Part shown: one piece after another, positions 9,012-20,500 of the stretch
Numbering within the stretch: the stretch's first letter is position 1
How the letters are laid out: every line of letters starts with the position of its first letter
IMG/VR virus record: IMGVR_UViG_3300037808_000364
Coordinates: 48,445 to 112,444 of that record
Source: a virus
Reading direction: 5' to 3' (one strand)
DNA length: 64,000 bases
The notes under the pieces: generated by a model
What the model was told of the DNA's origin: nothing
Databases searched by the model: none
The model's input: the letters and a program-made list of their open reading frames with translations, nothing else
Position numbers and translations under genes: made by a program

Positions 9012-12000
9012 TTAGTGAGTTTGTCCCATTAGCATTTTAACGGCGTCTCCAAAGAGATTGGCTGTGATTATGGGGCAGTCGAAGTAGTTTCGTGTTGAGG
9101 CTAGGGCTTTTATTTCGTCGAGGGATAGGGCACGGTCCCAGACGTAAACGTCATCGATATCACCATCAAAATACCTACTGGCTTGTGGTCCTGAATTATT
9201 GAAATTTATATTCCCAATATAATCGTTCCCATTTGCCACTACTCCACCAGAACAAGAGTGACTATCTATCGTCCCTACTTGAACTCCGTCCAAATACCGC
9301 GTGATATTAGAGGCGTCAACTACAGCCGCAACAAAAGACCAGGAACCTGTTGGAACTACTGTTCCGTCATTAGTAGAATCGCCGCAAAGGGTGCTTCCGT
9401 CTCCAAATTGCACATCAATTGAGCCTGCCGGACTTGCCCTGAGGAACATGTAGTAAGATTCAGTGGCTGCACTGTTAGAGTTGCCGAATATGTATCCATT
9501 GTTGGTAAATGAATCTGGCCTAACCCACGCAGCTAACGTAAATGTAGAAGCCCCATCCAGTATTTTTGCACCAAAGAGGGCATAGTCATCACTCCCATCA
9601 AAGTCCAACGCCCTCGTACCACCCTCACTCGTATCAGCAACCCAGTCGCCAGTCGTCATATTTGTAAGTGTTCCGACATTACCATTCCCGCTGAAATCCA
9701 TAGCGTTCAGAGTTGCATTGCCCCAATCATCATAACTGGGTACTATTGATAGGACTGAGCCTTTAGTGTTTGGGACTTCAACTTCAGCTTCTGATGCGAG
9801 GAATGCGACTTCGGCAGCGGTGAGGGCACGGTCGAAGACGCGACAATCTTTCATAGAGCCACGGAAAGGGATTGTATTGATCCTCGACGCCCCAAAGTTA
9901 TTGTATGTAGGACTTCCAGAAGTTACGGCGAATGTTCCAATAGAAGAGTCTGATCCAACAAGCACCCCATTGACATACAAATCGAACCTATCACTTTCAG
10001 TAGCCGTCACAGCTATATGTATCCAATCGGTGACAGTGTAGGCGTCTGTAGTTACTGCCGTTGAGCCTGACGCATGGACTAACCCCTGTATCCGGTTGGC
10101 AGTTCCCCCCTGGTTTACTATCAGCGATATGAAGACATCGTTCGTGTTGTATGCGAACGCTCTGTATTCTGCGGCTGTGTCGTCGGCTTTACACCAAAGC
10201 GAAACTGATAGGTCTGTCACACCAGTGGGCAACGTCTGATCGGGGAAGTTCACATAGTCATCCACCCCGTCAAAAACGATCTCATCACTCTCACCGACAT
10301 AAGCCCCATTGGTCAGAGTGCCATGGTTTCCGTTGCCGGATTCATCGCTGATATCGTTGTTGTAGAGGGTGTTAATCTGAGCCGTAGTGGACCCTGTTTG
10401 CATAATCCTGATGTCGTCCACTTCGCCGTCTACTCGGTTTGCAGAATGATTCGCTGCGTACTTCCCTATCAATAGTGGGTTCACCGTGTTGCCAATTGTT
10501 GCTGATGAGGTAGCTGATCCAAACTGAACCCCATCCATCCACCCAGACACTGCTGTGCCAACTCTAGTAATCAGAAAATGATACCATTGACCTGTATTCA
10601 ATGCTGTAAGTGATACGAGATTGTCTTGCAGAACGAATGAACCATTTGAGGTCAGCGTAAATCCACGACCCGTCCCGAACTCCACCCAAAATCCAAAGTT
10701 TGCATTGGAATCTGTAGTTGTTGATATGACGTTTTGGTAGTTAATGTAAGAATTAAATTTAACCCTGACAGATATGGTGAAATCACCAGCAAACGTCCAG
10801 TCGGTTTCGGGGACGGAGATGTGATCATCCGTACCATCGAATACGAACTTCCCATCCGTCACTCCCATACCGCCGTTATAAGTTCCATCATTCCCCATCG
10901 GACTCTGATCGGTCACGCCCGTTTTACCATCCAGTTGAAGGACAGTATCCGGCAGTACACCTACATCGTGGCGGGACATGTTCAATGCAAGGACTTCGCC
11001 GCCGAGTAATCCGACTGGGCGATAACCTCTGACGCCTTTGTTGTACTGGAGGGCTACTTCGCCTGCTGAGAGGGCACGGTCGAGGATTCGGATGTCGTCA
11101 AGTTCGCCGTCTAAATACCCGCCTCCGCCTCGGCTACCGTCGCCGATAAGTGAGTCTAAGGCGGCGTTGACACGTGATGTTTGACTCACTGAACCCTCTA
11201 ATACTCCATTCACATATAAATCCCGCGTAACCCCATCGTAGACACAGCACACGTGATACCACGTGTCCGCAACGGCCACCGTAGTGGAATAGGTAGCAGC
11301 GTAACCGTCTATTTCAAATCGGAATTTGTTGTTATTACTTAGCCATAGCAGTGAACCAGAAAGACTATGCCACTGGTCAACGATTCCCTGATAGGAGGAT
11401 GTGACGACATCAAACTTGACCCAGCATGACACTGAGAACGAACCAGTACCCGAGATTACTTCCCCGCAGTCGATATAGTCATCCGTACCATTAAACACGA
11501 ATTCCGTATCAGTAGAATTCGCCGCGATATCGGTCCCAGTGAACGTCCCGTAGTTCCCGTGGTTCGATAAATCGCGTTCGCCCGAATCGGCTTGCAGGTG
11601 CAGTACCGTATCGGCTATCTGGCGTGTCGGTAATGCTGGCTCGTAGCCGGGAACACCTTCGTAGAGGGTGAGGACTTGTGCGGCGGTGATGGCTACATCA
11701 AACATTCGGAAGTCTCTGATGGAGCCGTTTAAGTAAAACCCTGTCCCATTTGACGCTGCACCAATTATACCCTCACCTGTGGGCACATAATACGTCTGAG
11801 ACCCACTGGCTTCTTCCACTCCATCGATGTAGAGCTTAGAAGTCGTTCCGTTGTTTGTTGCGGCTATGTGGTATTCTGTACCGGCAGAAAGAATGGTTGT
11901 TCCATTTATGACGGAAATGTTGTTAAACAACACCCCTACTTTTCCAGAGGCCTCAATTCTAATTTGATGTCCATTCCCCCCAGGAACCAAAGCGTAAGGC

Positions 12001-15000
12001 AGCACTAGCGAACCTATCGACGCAGGGGTGAGGTGCATTGAAATCGTTATTTCGCTTGCAGCAGTGGGGGCGGTCACCCGAACATAATCATCCGTCCCAT
12101 CAAACACATACCGACGACCAACAACCCCCATCCCACCGTTGTATGCCGCTGGATCCTGCGTTCCACTCTGATCAACTAATCCCGTCTCGGGTCTCAGGTG
12201 CAAGACAGTCCCAGCGATATCTGGACGGGCAGTGGCGTTGAAGAGTTCTCGAATTTCAGTAACTGTGATGGCCCTTGGGATTATGCGAACGTCTTTGATG
12301 GAGCCTGTCCACCATCGGTCTAAGTGAGTGCCGCCAATTTCCAAGTCTCCCGAATTGGTTCCATAAGCTCCCGCCGCAACACCCGATGCAGTTGCAACCG
12401 AAACCGCATCTATATAGGTGGTCAAAGTAGCAGAAACAGCATCGTAAACTCCAGTGACAAAATGCCATGCCCCGTCACTGACATCACCACCAGTTGCTGT
12501 AGACGTAGCTGAGGCTGCGTTACGTGTTTGCAATCCAATCGCTCCAGCCCCATCTATCAACAACATCCACCACGGGTTAACCTGCCCCGCAGTCCCATAC
12601 CCTTTTACTAAGATTGACGACGCGAAAGGTGGTAGTGCTGTTACCTTTATCCACGCACTCGATGTGAAACTTTCACCTGATGCAAACTCACCAACATTTG
12701 GAACATTTATGTAGTCTCCCACACCTTCAAACAAGAATGCCTCATCAGTGACACCCATCCCTCCTTGATATGTACCATCATTCCCATAGTTCGTCTGATC
12801 GGTCACGCCGGTAGAGGCCCTCAGATTGAGGACCGTGTCTTTGAGTTGACGTGTTTCTGAACAGATTGTCGTAAGAGGTGGAACAACTGGTGCAACTGGT
12901 GCAACTAGCAAGGAAGGGTCGAAATAGTTTCGTGTGCTTGCGAGTGCTTTGATTTCGTCGAGGGATAGGGCACGGTCCCAGACGTAAACGTCATCGAGGT
13001 CTGCGTTTGCATATTGTCCGGGAGTGTCGCCCCCTCCCAGCCATAAACCGGCATTCTGATTCGAAACGGTGTTCAAAGCGGAAGCAAGTAGTACCCCATC
13101 AACATACATATCGGTTCCACTGGAAACCCCGTTGCGGAACACAAAGCAAGCATGATGCCAGATGTCGTCAGTGTAGGATGAGCCGCTACCTCTCCATGAT
13201 CCTCCGGTCCAATCATAGAACCCTAGCTCATTACCATTAAAGAATATCCCATATGCTAATTTCTTAACAATGACGCCTCGATACCCCGCTCCAGCCCCCG
13301 CTGTCTTAAACCAAAACGTAACAGTAGGAGAATTAGAATCAGCAGTAGATGAATCAACTATATCCACATAATCATTCGTCCCATCAAAATCCAAAGCCCG
13401 CGTACCGCCGCTATCCGTATCCGCAATCCAGTCGCCAGTCGTCATGTTTGTAAGTGTTCCGACATTCCCGCCGCCACTGAAGTCCAGAGCGTTCAGAGTT
13501 GCGTTTCCCCAATCGTCATAGCTCGGAACGATTGATAGGGCTGAGCCTTTAGTGTTTGGGACTTCAACTTCAACTTCTGAACCTAAAAATAGTCTCTCAG
13601 CTTCTACTAATGAACGGTCAAACCACCGGACATCCTCCATTGATCCTACTAGTCCAAACGACGTAGTTTTGTAGCTTCCAAAATACAGAGGAACAGTTCC
13701 CCAGTTTGTAGTAGTTGAAATATTAAGAACTACGTGAACCCTTTGATCCACAGGTATAGCGTCGAATACGGCATCTCTATTCGGATTATAACCTATATTC
13801 ACCCCATCTACGTACATACTGTAGTTGGCTCCATTTTGACTGGCAGACGCACTTCCGTCTAAACCAAGGCCAACGTAGTAAACACTGCTAGACACTAAAC
13901 AAAACCCAGCAGTACTTGTTCGTGTGATCCACGCAGAGAACGCATAGCTTCCCCATACTGACGTGTTTGGTATGGTTATATTGTCAGTTCCCCCTTCAAA
14001 TACAATGTCGTTGTTTTCTCCGACATAGACTCCGTTATTCATAGAAGCGTCGTTACCGTTTCCGGATTCATCGCTGATGTCGTTGTTGTAGAGTGAGAGG
14101 ACTTCAGCGGCGGAAAGGGCACGGTCTAGGATTCGGATGTCGTCTACAGTTCCTATATGTGCAGAATTCGTAGAGTTGTCATCTCCCACAGTGACTTGCC
14201 CTGTAGGCGTGATTGGGGCAGTCGGCGTCGACGAAAGCACTGAACTGCCGTCTTTGTAAATCGTTAATGTAGTGCCATCCCATGTGGCTACGATGTGTGT
14301 GTCTACTCCTGCTGTGTATGACGAAGCAGAGTCATTCCATGCTACGCCGCCAAACAGAACAGAGATCCGACCCGTCACGTTTCCACTAGAAGCGATTCCA
14401 AACCCATTCGATCCGCCATCACCAACATACAAAGCTAGTCGTCTGTTTGCCGACAGGTTGTCACTGTTGATTCGAGCAGCAAGTGTCCACGATGTGGGGG
14501 TGACGATAGGGCATGAGATATTGTCATCTGTCCCATCAAACACAAACTTGCCGTCTGTGACCCCCATACCGCCGTTATAAGTTCCATCATTACCCGCAGG
14601 ACTCTGGTCTGCAATTCCAGTCTTGCCATCCAGTTGCAGTACAGTACCGGGCAACACTCCAACATCGTGACGTGATGGATGCAGGGCCAAAACTTCGCCG
14701 CCGAGTAATCCAACTGGGCGATAACCTCTGACGCCTTTGTTGAATAGCAGGGCGATTTCGCCTGCGGAGAGGGCACGGGAAATTATTCGTGCGTCGTCAA
14801 TGGAGCCGTCAAATTGCTGAAGTCTTCCCGTACTCCAATAAATATCACCGATGGATATGTTGTCCAGCCCCGTTAGTGCTGACTGCGATGTTGTGTCGGT
14901 GGATATCAATGCCCCATCAACGTAGATCGACCGGGAGGCATTAGAGGTAAAGACGGCAGCAAGATGATACCAGACGCCTGTACTTAAAGCCCCTCCACTA

Positions 15001-16634
15001 GCTTGAGCACCGGACGTATCATAATGCTGTGCCACGATGTTGCCTGATTCATACGCCAAACTTAGGACGTTGGCGTTTGTGTTCCCGGCGTTTAACGTGA
15101 TAATCCGTCTAATGCCAGACCAGCTATCAGCCTTCACCCATGCGGAAAACGTACACCCAACGTCGGTGACTGCTGCCGGGCAGTCGACATAATCATCCGT
15201 CCCATTAAACACGAATTCAGTATCCGTGCTGTCCGCTGCAACATTGGTTCCCGTGAACGTCCCATAGTTGCAGTGGTTGCTCAAATCCCGCTCACCACTT
15301 GCAGCCTCAAGATGCAGAACCGTACCAGGAATCTGTCTCACTGGTAGAGGGGGTTCATAGCCGGGAACACCTTCGTAGAGGGATAAGACTTGTGCGGCGG
15401 TGAGTTCTACATTGAACACCCTAACTTCGCCTACAGCTCCCGTAAAATATCTCGCGGGGCTGTTGTTGCCGCCTATCGTAAGTGGACTCGATGGGTTCGA
15501 TCCTATTGCACCCGGCCCACCTCCTGATTCAGTTAGGGCAACGCTCACCCCGTTCACATAGATTGCATTCGTTGCACCGTCAGTGCCGTGAGTTATAACT
15601 ACGTGGTTCCACACGTCCTTTGTAAGTTCTGCCGATGTAGTTACCGTGAACGCACTTGCACCGGTTCCGAACGCTAGTTTAGTCGAGGCTGTATCTACAA
15701 TTTCCACCCACCACCCATAGCTTCCGCTATTCCACTTCGTAATCACGTCTCTGTAAGTCGCGGATTGAGTTGCTGGCTTGACCCAAAACGCTATTGACAT
15801 ATCAGTCAAAGCGTCAGCCACGTTGCCGCAGTCTATGTAATCACCAGTACCATCAAACTCGTAACGACGCCCAACAACCGCAGCATCACCTTCATAGCTC
15901 CCCGGATCCTGCGTTCCCGACTGATCAACTAATCCCGTCTCAGGTCTCAGGTGTAATACAGTCCCAGCGATATCTGGACGGGCAGTGGCGTTGTAGAGTT
16001 CTCGTATTTCGGTGAGGGTGATAGCTCGGGAGATGATTTGAGGATCTCTAACAGCCCCGTCAAGGAATCGATCTATTGTGCCCGATACAAACCCCGCACC
16101 AATGGTCACATTTGCTGTGGTGCTTTGGGGAGCGGTTGACTCGACTGCCGTAGCTACCTGTTCGCCATCGACGTATAGCGTCCAATTAGCCCCGTCGTAC
16201 ACTCCAACTATGTGATACCACTGACCTGTACCGATGTTTAGATTATGAGTCCACACAACCCCTTTAAATGCCGATCCAGTCCAAGTGAACCAACGAAGTT
16301 CACCAGTCGAGGTAAATCCAAGATGGAAACCTTCCGGTGCCGATAGACCTCCTTTAGCGACTATGACTGAGCGAGTATCGCCAGATGGAGGAGGAAGTGC
16401 ATCCACTCTAACAAAAGCAGAAACGGTAAGATTGCCTGTGATGTCTAGCGAATCATCGTTGCCACAATCTATGTAGTCGTTTGTACCATCGAATTCAAAA
16501 GCGTCATCAACAACGGAAGCTCCATTAGTGTACGTACCATCATTGCCGTAATTCGACTGATCGGTCACGCCGGTAGCGGCCTGTAGACGGAGTACAGTGT
16601 CTTTGAGGTTACGTGTTTCTGATAAGATCGTCAA
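9012..16634 (-). CDS. Giant LamG/concanavalin-A-like lectin domain repeat protein (about 12 domains), putative receptor-binding/decoration protein
   Basis: 2540 aa. Repeated FDGTDDY...TxSAW...WYH..xxYDG...LYVDG...IG...F.G.IDDVRI..RALS.E LamG signature; two tandem halves. Confidence 0.85.
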   Translation of the reverse strand: MTILSETRNLKDTVLRLQAATGVTDQSNYGNDGTYTNGASVVDDAFEFDGTNDYIDCGNDDSLDITGNLTVSAFVRVDALPPPSGDTRSVIVAKGGLSAPEGFHLGFTSTGELRWFTWTGSAFKGVVWTHNLNIGTGQWYHIVGVYDGANWTLYVDGEQVATAVESTAPQSTTANVTIGAGFVSGTIDRFLDGAVRDPQIISRAITLTEIRELYNATARPDIAGTVLHLRPETGLVDQSGTQDPGSYEGDAAVVGRRYEFDGTGDYIDCGNVADALTDMSIAFWVKPATQSATYRDVITKWNSGSYGWWVEIVDTASTKLAFGTGASAFTVTTSAELTKDVWNHVVITHGTDGATNAIYVNGVSVALTESGGGPGAIGSNPSSPLTIGGNNSPARYFTGAVGEVRVFNVELTAAQVLSLYEGVPGYEPPLPVRQIPGTVLHLEAASGERDLSNHCNYGTFTGTNVAADSTDTEFVFNGTDDYVDCPAAVTDVGCTFSAWVKADSWSGIRRIITLNAGNTNANVLSLAYESGNIVAQHYDTSGAQASGGALSTGVWYHLAAVFTSNASRSIYVDGALISTDTTSQSALTGLDNISIGDIYWSTGRLQQFDGSIDDARIISRALSAGEIALLFNKGVRGYRPVGLLGGEVLALHPSRHDVGVLPGTVLQLDGKTGIADQSPAGNDGTYNGGMGVTDGKFVFDGTDDNISCPIVTPTSWTLAARINSDNLSANRRLALYVGDGGSNGFGIASSGNVTGRISVLFGGVAWNDSASSYTAGVDTHIVATWDGTTLTIYKDGSSVLSSTPTAPITPTGQVTVGDDNSTNSAHIGTVDDIRILDRALSAAEVLSLYNNDISDESGNGNDASMNNGVYVGENNDIVFEGGTDNITIPNTSVWGSYAFSAWITRTSTAGFCLVSSSVYYVGLGLDGSASASQNGANYSMYVDGVNIGYNPNRDAVFDAIPVDQRVHVVLNISTTTNWGTVPLYFGSYKTTSFGLVGSMEDVRWFDRSLVEAERLFLGSEVEVEVPNTKGSALSIVPSYDDWGNATLNALDFSGGGNVGTLTNMTTGDWIADTDSGGTRALDFDGTNDYVDIVDSSTADSNSPTVTFWFKTAGAGAGYRGVIVKKLAYGIFFNGNELGFYDWTGGSWRGSGSSYTDDIWHHACFVFRNGVSSGTDMYVDGVLLASALNTVSNQNAGLWLGGGDTPGQYANADLDDVYVWDRALSLDEIKALASTRNYFDPSLLVAPVAPVVPPLTTICSETRQLKDTVLNLRASTGVTDQTNYGNDGTYQGGMGVTDEAFLFEGVGDYINVPNVGEFASGESFTSSAWIKVTALPPFASSILVKGYGTAGQVNPWWMLLIDGAGAIGLQTRNAASATSTATGGDVSDGAWHFVTGVYDAVSATLTTYIDAVSVATASGVAAGAYGTNSGDLEIGGTHLDRWWTGSIKDVRIIPRAITVTEIRELFNATARPDIAGTVLHLRPETGLVDQSGTQDPAAYNGGMGVVGRRYVFDGTDDYVRVTAPTAASEITISMHLTPASIGSLVLPYALVPGGNGHQIRIEASGKVGVLFNNISVINGTTILSAGTEYHIAATNNGTTSKLYIDGVEEASGSQTYYVPTGEGIIGAASNGTGFYLNGSIRDFRMFDVAITAAQVLTLYEGVPGYEPALPTRQIADTVLHLQADSGERDLSNHGNYGTFTGTDIAANSTDTEFVFNGTDDYIDCGEVISGTGSFSVSCWVKFDVVTSSYQGIVDQWHSLSGSLLWLSNNNKFRFEIDGYAATYSTTVAVADTWYHVCCVYDGVTRDLYVNGVLEGSVSQTSRVNAALDSLIGDGSRGGGGYLDGELDDIRILDRALSAGEVALQYNKGVRGYRPVGLLGGEVLALNMSRHDVGVLPDTVLQLDGKTGVTDQSPMGNDGTYNGGMGVTDGKFVFDGTDDHISVPETDWTFAGDFTISVRVKFNSYINYQNVISTTTDSNANFGFWVEFGTGRGFTLTSNGSFVLQDNLVSLTALNTGQWYHFLITRVGTAVSGWMDGVQFGSATSSATIGNTVNPLLIGKYAANHSANRVDGEVDDIRIMQTGSTTAQINTLYNNDISDESGNGNHGTLTNGAYVGESDEIVFDGVDDYVNFPDQTLPTGVTDLSVSLWCKADDTAAEYRAFAYNTNDVFISLIVNQGGTANRIQGLVHASGSTAVTTDAYTVTDWIHIAVTATESDRFDLYVNGVLVGSDSSIGTFAVTSGSPTYNNFGASRINTIPFRGSMKDCRVFDRALTAAEVAFLASEAEVEVPNTKGSVLSIVPSYDDWGNATLNAMDFSGNGNVGTLTNMTTGDWVADTSEGGTRALDFDGSDDYALFGAKILDGASTFTLAAWVRPDSFTNNGYIFGNSNSAATESYYMFLRASPAGSIDVQFGDGSTLCGDSTNDGTVVPTGSWSFVAAVVDASNITRYLDGVQVGTIDSHSCSGGVVANGNDYIGNINFNNSGPQASRYFDGDIDDVYVWDRALSLDEIKALASTRNYFDCPIITANLFGDAVKMLMGQTH

Positions 16635-16636
16635 TG

Positions 16637-17509
16637 TTACGCTCCATTCCCATCTACACTGGCGAGAAGTTCATCTGCCCTAGTTTGCCATTCAGCAGCA
16701 GTAGTGCCCTCAAATGATGACAAATTGACCATCACGTTATGGTGTTTTTCTGACACGGGAAAAAAGATAGCATTCGCCGCTCCAGTTTCGCTGGTGTATG
16801 TCGCTTTCGCCGCTGTTGTCGCAGCCTGAAATGTGGCATTAGCCGCATCTAAAGCGATCCGCGAGGCTTCCTCTTCAGTGGCGAGGGCAGAATTTGCTAC
16901 CCCAGTCTGACTTGTATACGTATCATTTGCGACGGTTGTAGCAGCTTGAAATATAACACTGGCCGCATCAACAGTAGTCTGCGAGATTGCCTCTGTGTCA
17001 CGTACAATCCACGCGATCTCAAAGTCAAGGGCCGTAGTAGTATCGGGGACACCCTCCTTGTTGGCTGGAGATACATGAGTAATCCCAAGGGCGAGGATTG
17101 CTGCCAGTTGATCCGCTGACCATGCTGCACCAAGTTCCGTGATCGTCGCCTGTCGGTCTGCCTGATACAGTTGAAGCTGACTATTGCCTAAAGCGTTCTG
17201 GGCGAGTTTTAATTCCCCCAAACCCGCAGCACCTACGGCGTCTCCCGCAGCCCGTGCCGCCTCTTTATCGGCAATGGCTCCGTCCAGAGTGTCAGCAAAT
17301 GCACGTCGTGCAACAAGTCCCTCTGCCTCTCCCAAAGCAGCGGACAGCCTATCTCCTATCAATGATAGGGAGTACCGCGTCTGGTCTTCTACTACAATGG
17401 TCTTGGCGTGAGCCGCAGTAGCGACCGCAGCAAAATCACCTGCGTCGGCAGTCGCCGTGAGGTCGTATTCAGTAATTAGATTAACTAATTGATGTTGTTC
17501 CATATTCAT
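16637..17509 (-). CDS. Ala-rich hypothetical protein
   Basis: 290-aa ORF between two fibre genes, with an internal repeat (FQAATT...TYTS.TG.AN). Confidence 0.65.
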   Translation of the reverse strand: MNMEQHQLVNLITEYDLTATADAGDFAAVATAAHAKTIVVEDQTRYSLSLIGDRLSAALGEAEGLVARRAFADTLDGAIADKEAARAAGDAVGAAGLGELKLAQNALGNSQLQLYQADRQATITELGAAWSADQLAAILALGITHVSPANKEGVPDTTTALDFEIAWIVRDTEAISQTTVDAASVIFQAATTVANDTYTSQTGVANSALATEEEASRIALDAANATFQAATTAAKATYTSETGAANAIFFPVSEKHHNVMVNLSSFEGTTAAEWQTRADELLASVDGNGA

Positions 17510-17523
17510 ATCTAAATCTCCAG

Positions 17524-20500
17524 TTAAGCGGCAACGTCAGTTGCAGCGAGATACATAACGGCTCCATCATATCGCCACGTAACGATACGAATGGCTGAGA
17601 CGGCATCAGAACTCCATGTGGGTTCTGTTCCCATCCATTTGAAAGTGCCTGCACTGACTGCCCATGTAATATCACGGGATGTCGTCGCATGTTGTTCTAT
17701 GATTAGTGTCCCGGCTGCAGATCCACTTGGAACCGTGAGCGTTACCGTCGTATCACCAGTTGTCGAGGTTAGGTCCAACGTCTGGTGATTGTTATCGTCC
17801 AGTGTGATTGTCTGCGTTGTGCCAGTTGGCAGTGAAGTGACTTCGGTAGCCTGGTGGATGGCTTGGATTTCGCCAGTTGCAAATCTCAATTCTCCGGTCT
17901 TGTCGGAAGCAGTGCCGTTCCCTAGTGCGACGATGCCCGAGGATATCTCTGTAAACGCGGTAACGATTGACCCGGACGCCTGTGCCGTACTCGACCAGCC
18001 AATCCTCGCACCGGTCGTCGTAATAATTCGATCATTACCAAGCACAGTCGCGTCGGCGTTGTTCGCCCTGACTGTGATCCGGCCTGAGACGTTTTTGAAT
18101 CCGTACCAGTCTTTCCCGTCGGGCCGGTCAAAGTACAATCCGCCGCCAACGTGCAAGCCTTTGGTGAATTGGAATCGGTCAGTCGATTCATCCCAGTGCA
18201 GTAACGGACTGCCAGTGACGTTGACTTGTAGCAAATTGATGTCCGCGTCTGTGCCGTCGCCTACGGTCATTAGGCCGGTCGGTGAGACTAGCAGCACGTC
18301 ATTGCTGCCGTTGTTGAATACTCCGAGTGAAGCAGTCTGGCCGACAGAACCTGTTGCAGTGATTGGGATCGTTCCGATAGCATCGGCAACCGCCGAGATT
18401 CCATACTCAGCATCAAACACGCCTGTCGTCTTGTGAAACCCTCCGCGTCGAGTGTTGTTTGTTGAGAACACGACATTGTGAGCAGAGAAGCTACCAAAGA
18501 TCATGGCGTCTTCGGTGGACCCTAATTGTGTGGAACTCCAGTATTCAAGTGCTCCACAAAAACCGGAAATCGATTGCCCTAGACATCTCCACCCAGCCCA
18601 GCCGCCGGAAGTGTGTGATCTTATCTCTGCGGCATATTCGTATGCAGTCAGCGAGTTGTTGACATTCAGTTGCCCGACAAAGTTTCCGTCTGTGGCATCG
18701 ACTGTACCTACGTCATCGACGCTGAAGACACTGGAAGCATCAGTCTGAAGATCCAACAGCAGCGAAGTGCCGGGAGATGCGGTATCAGTCTTTGATACCA
18801 GCAACCCCGTATCATCGCCGCTGGTCAACTTGTTCGTGGTGTAAGCAAGCGTGTTAGCAACCTCATTTCCGGTTGCTGCAGATAGTGTCCAGCTTGAAGC
18901 AACCGCACCTACGGTAAGAGTCAGTGACGGGTCAATTCTCGCTTCACCTGCTAACGATGCAATTTGATACCCAATTGCGATTGTGTTCGCCACTGCGGTG
19001 ACGTCGTATCCTATTCCTACCGATTTCTCACCTAATGATAATGAGTAGCCGATCCCTGTAGCACGTCCATTAGTGCATGTACCAAATGCTCCTACTATTG
19101 TATTTGATCCAAAGGGATGCCCTGTTGTGCCTTTCCCAATGATTGTTTCACCGCCACCTGTTGTTGTGGCTCCCGCTCCTACAACTACTGTTCCAGTTGT
19201 CCCTGAAGAAGCAGAAGCACCATCACCGAATACTTCATTGTTTGTGCTGCCCTGATTATTACTGAAGTCGCCTATCTCAGTAATGCGGGCCGCGTCACCA
19301 GCAGTGACACCGTCCGGAACCCATTCGGTGATATTGGCTGTCTGCCCTGCTGCTCCTGTGAAGGTTGCGACAACATCGGTGATTGCCGAAGCCGTCACCT
19401 GAATTCCATAGCCGTCCTGAGCAATAGTGGCAACTACCGTGGTCGTGTCTTTACCGATGTCGATGCCGCCGGATGTGTTGCGTCCTATCCATTCATCCGG
19501 GGTATTGATATCTGCATCAGTGCAAAACTGCACGTTCACACTTTTGTTGAATCGTACCTTCTCACCTAGCCCTACTAAATTCTGACTTGAGGCATCTCTG
19601 ACTTCAAACCCGTAATTTATACTAGCGGATGATCCAAACCAGTGGAATGATCCCTGTTGAATCTTGAGTCTGTCGGCTGTCACTAGTCCGTTGTCGTCAA
19701 TTGATGCTTTAGAAGCCCCGCCAACTTGACAGTCAAGCAGCAACGAAGTTCCGGGACTCGCAGTGTCAGTCTTACTAATCAGCAGGCCAGTATCGTCGCC
19801 TGAAGTCAACTTGTTGGTCGTGTAGCTGAGCGTGTTGGCTATCTCGTTACCTGTTGCGTCACCCATTGTGGACGTTGCAGAGATGTAACTAGCATTAAGT
19901 CCGGCCAGCGTAAGATTTCCGTCAATCGCTCCGGCTGCTCCCGTACCTAGTCCCATTGATCCGGCAGCCAATCGGCTGATAGCTACGTCTAAGGTGACTG
20001 CTGACGTGAAAAGGTTGGCGTTGTCCGAAAATCCGAACGGCTTATCCATCGCGGTCCCTACGCCATTGTTTCCCGCGAAAAAAGAAGGGAACACGGCTCC
20101 TAACACTACGCCGTTTCCTACACTGCCTGCCATCCCTCTGCCACGAATGAACCCATCATTACTCAACTTGATAGTGGTGTCGCCGTTCGAGTCGTAAATC
20201 CGGACCTTATCCCCAGCAGAACCTCCATCGCTTGTGATGTTGAGGAAGTTCCCAGTCTGACCAGCCGCAAGATTCGCAGTAATCGGAACGTCGGTGATTG
20301 CACTTGCATTAACCGTCAACGATTGTTCAATGTTCGTGAAGTCTTCGAGGTTGATCCCATTGTTACCCGCGTACAACCATGTCCCGAACTGGTTCGCACT
20401 GAATACGTTTGACTCCTTCACCTGTATTTGTGCGTAATGTGTGCCAGCGTCCCCCGACTTCCCTGCAACAAGTCGGGCCGTCTTACTCGTTCCCGTGGAG

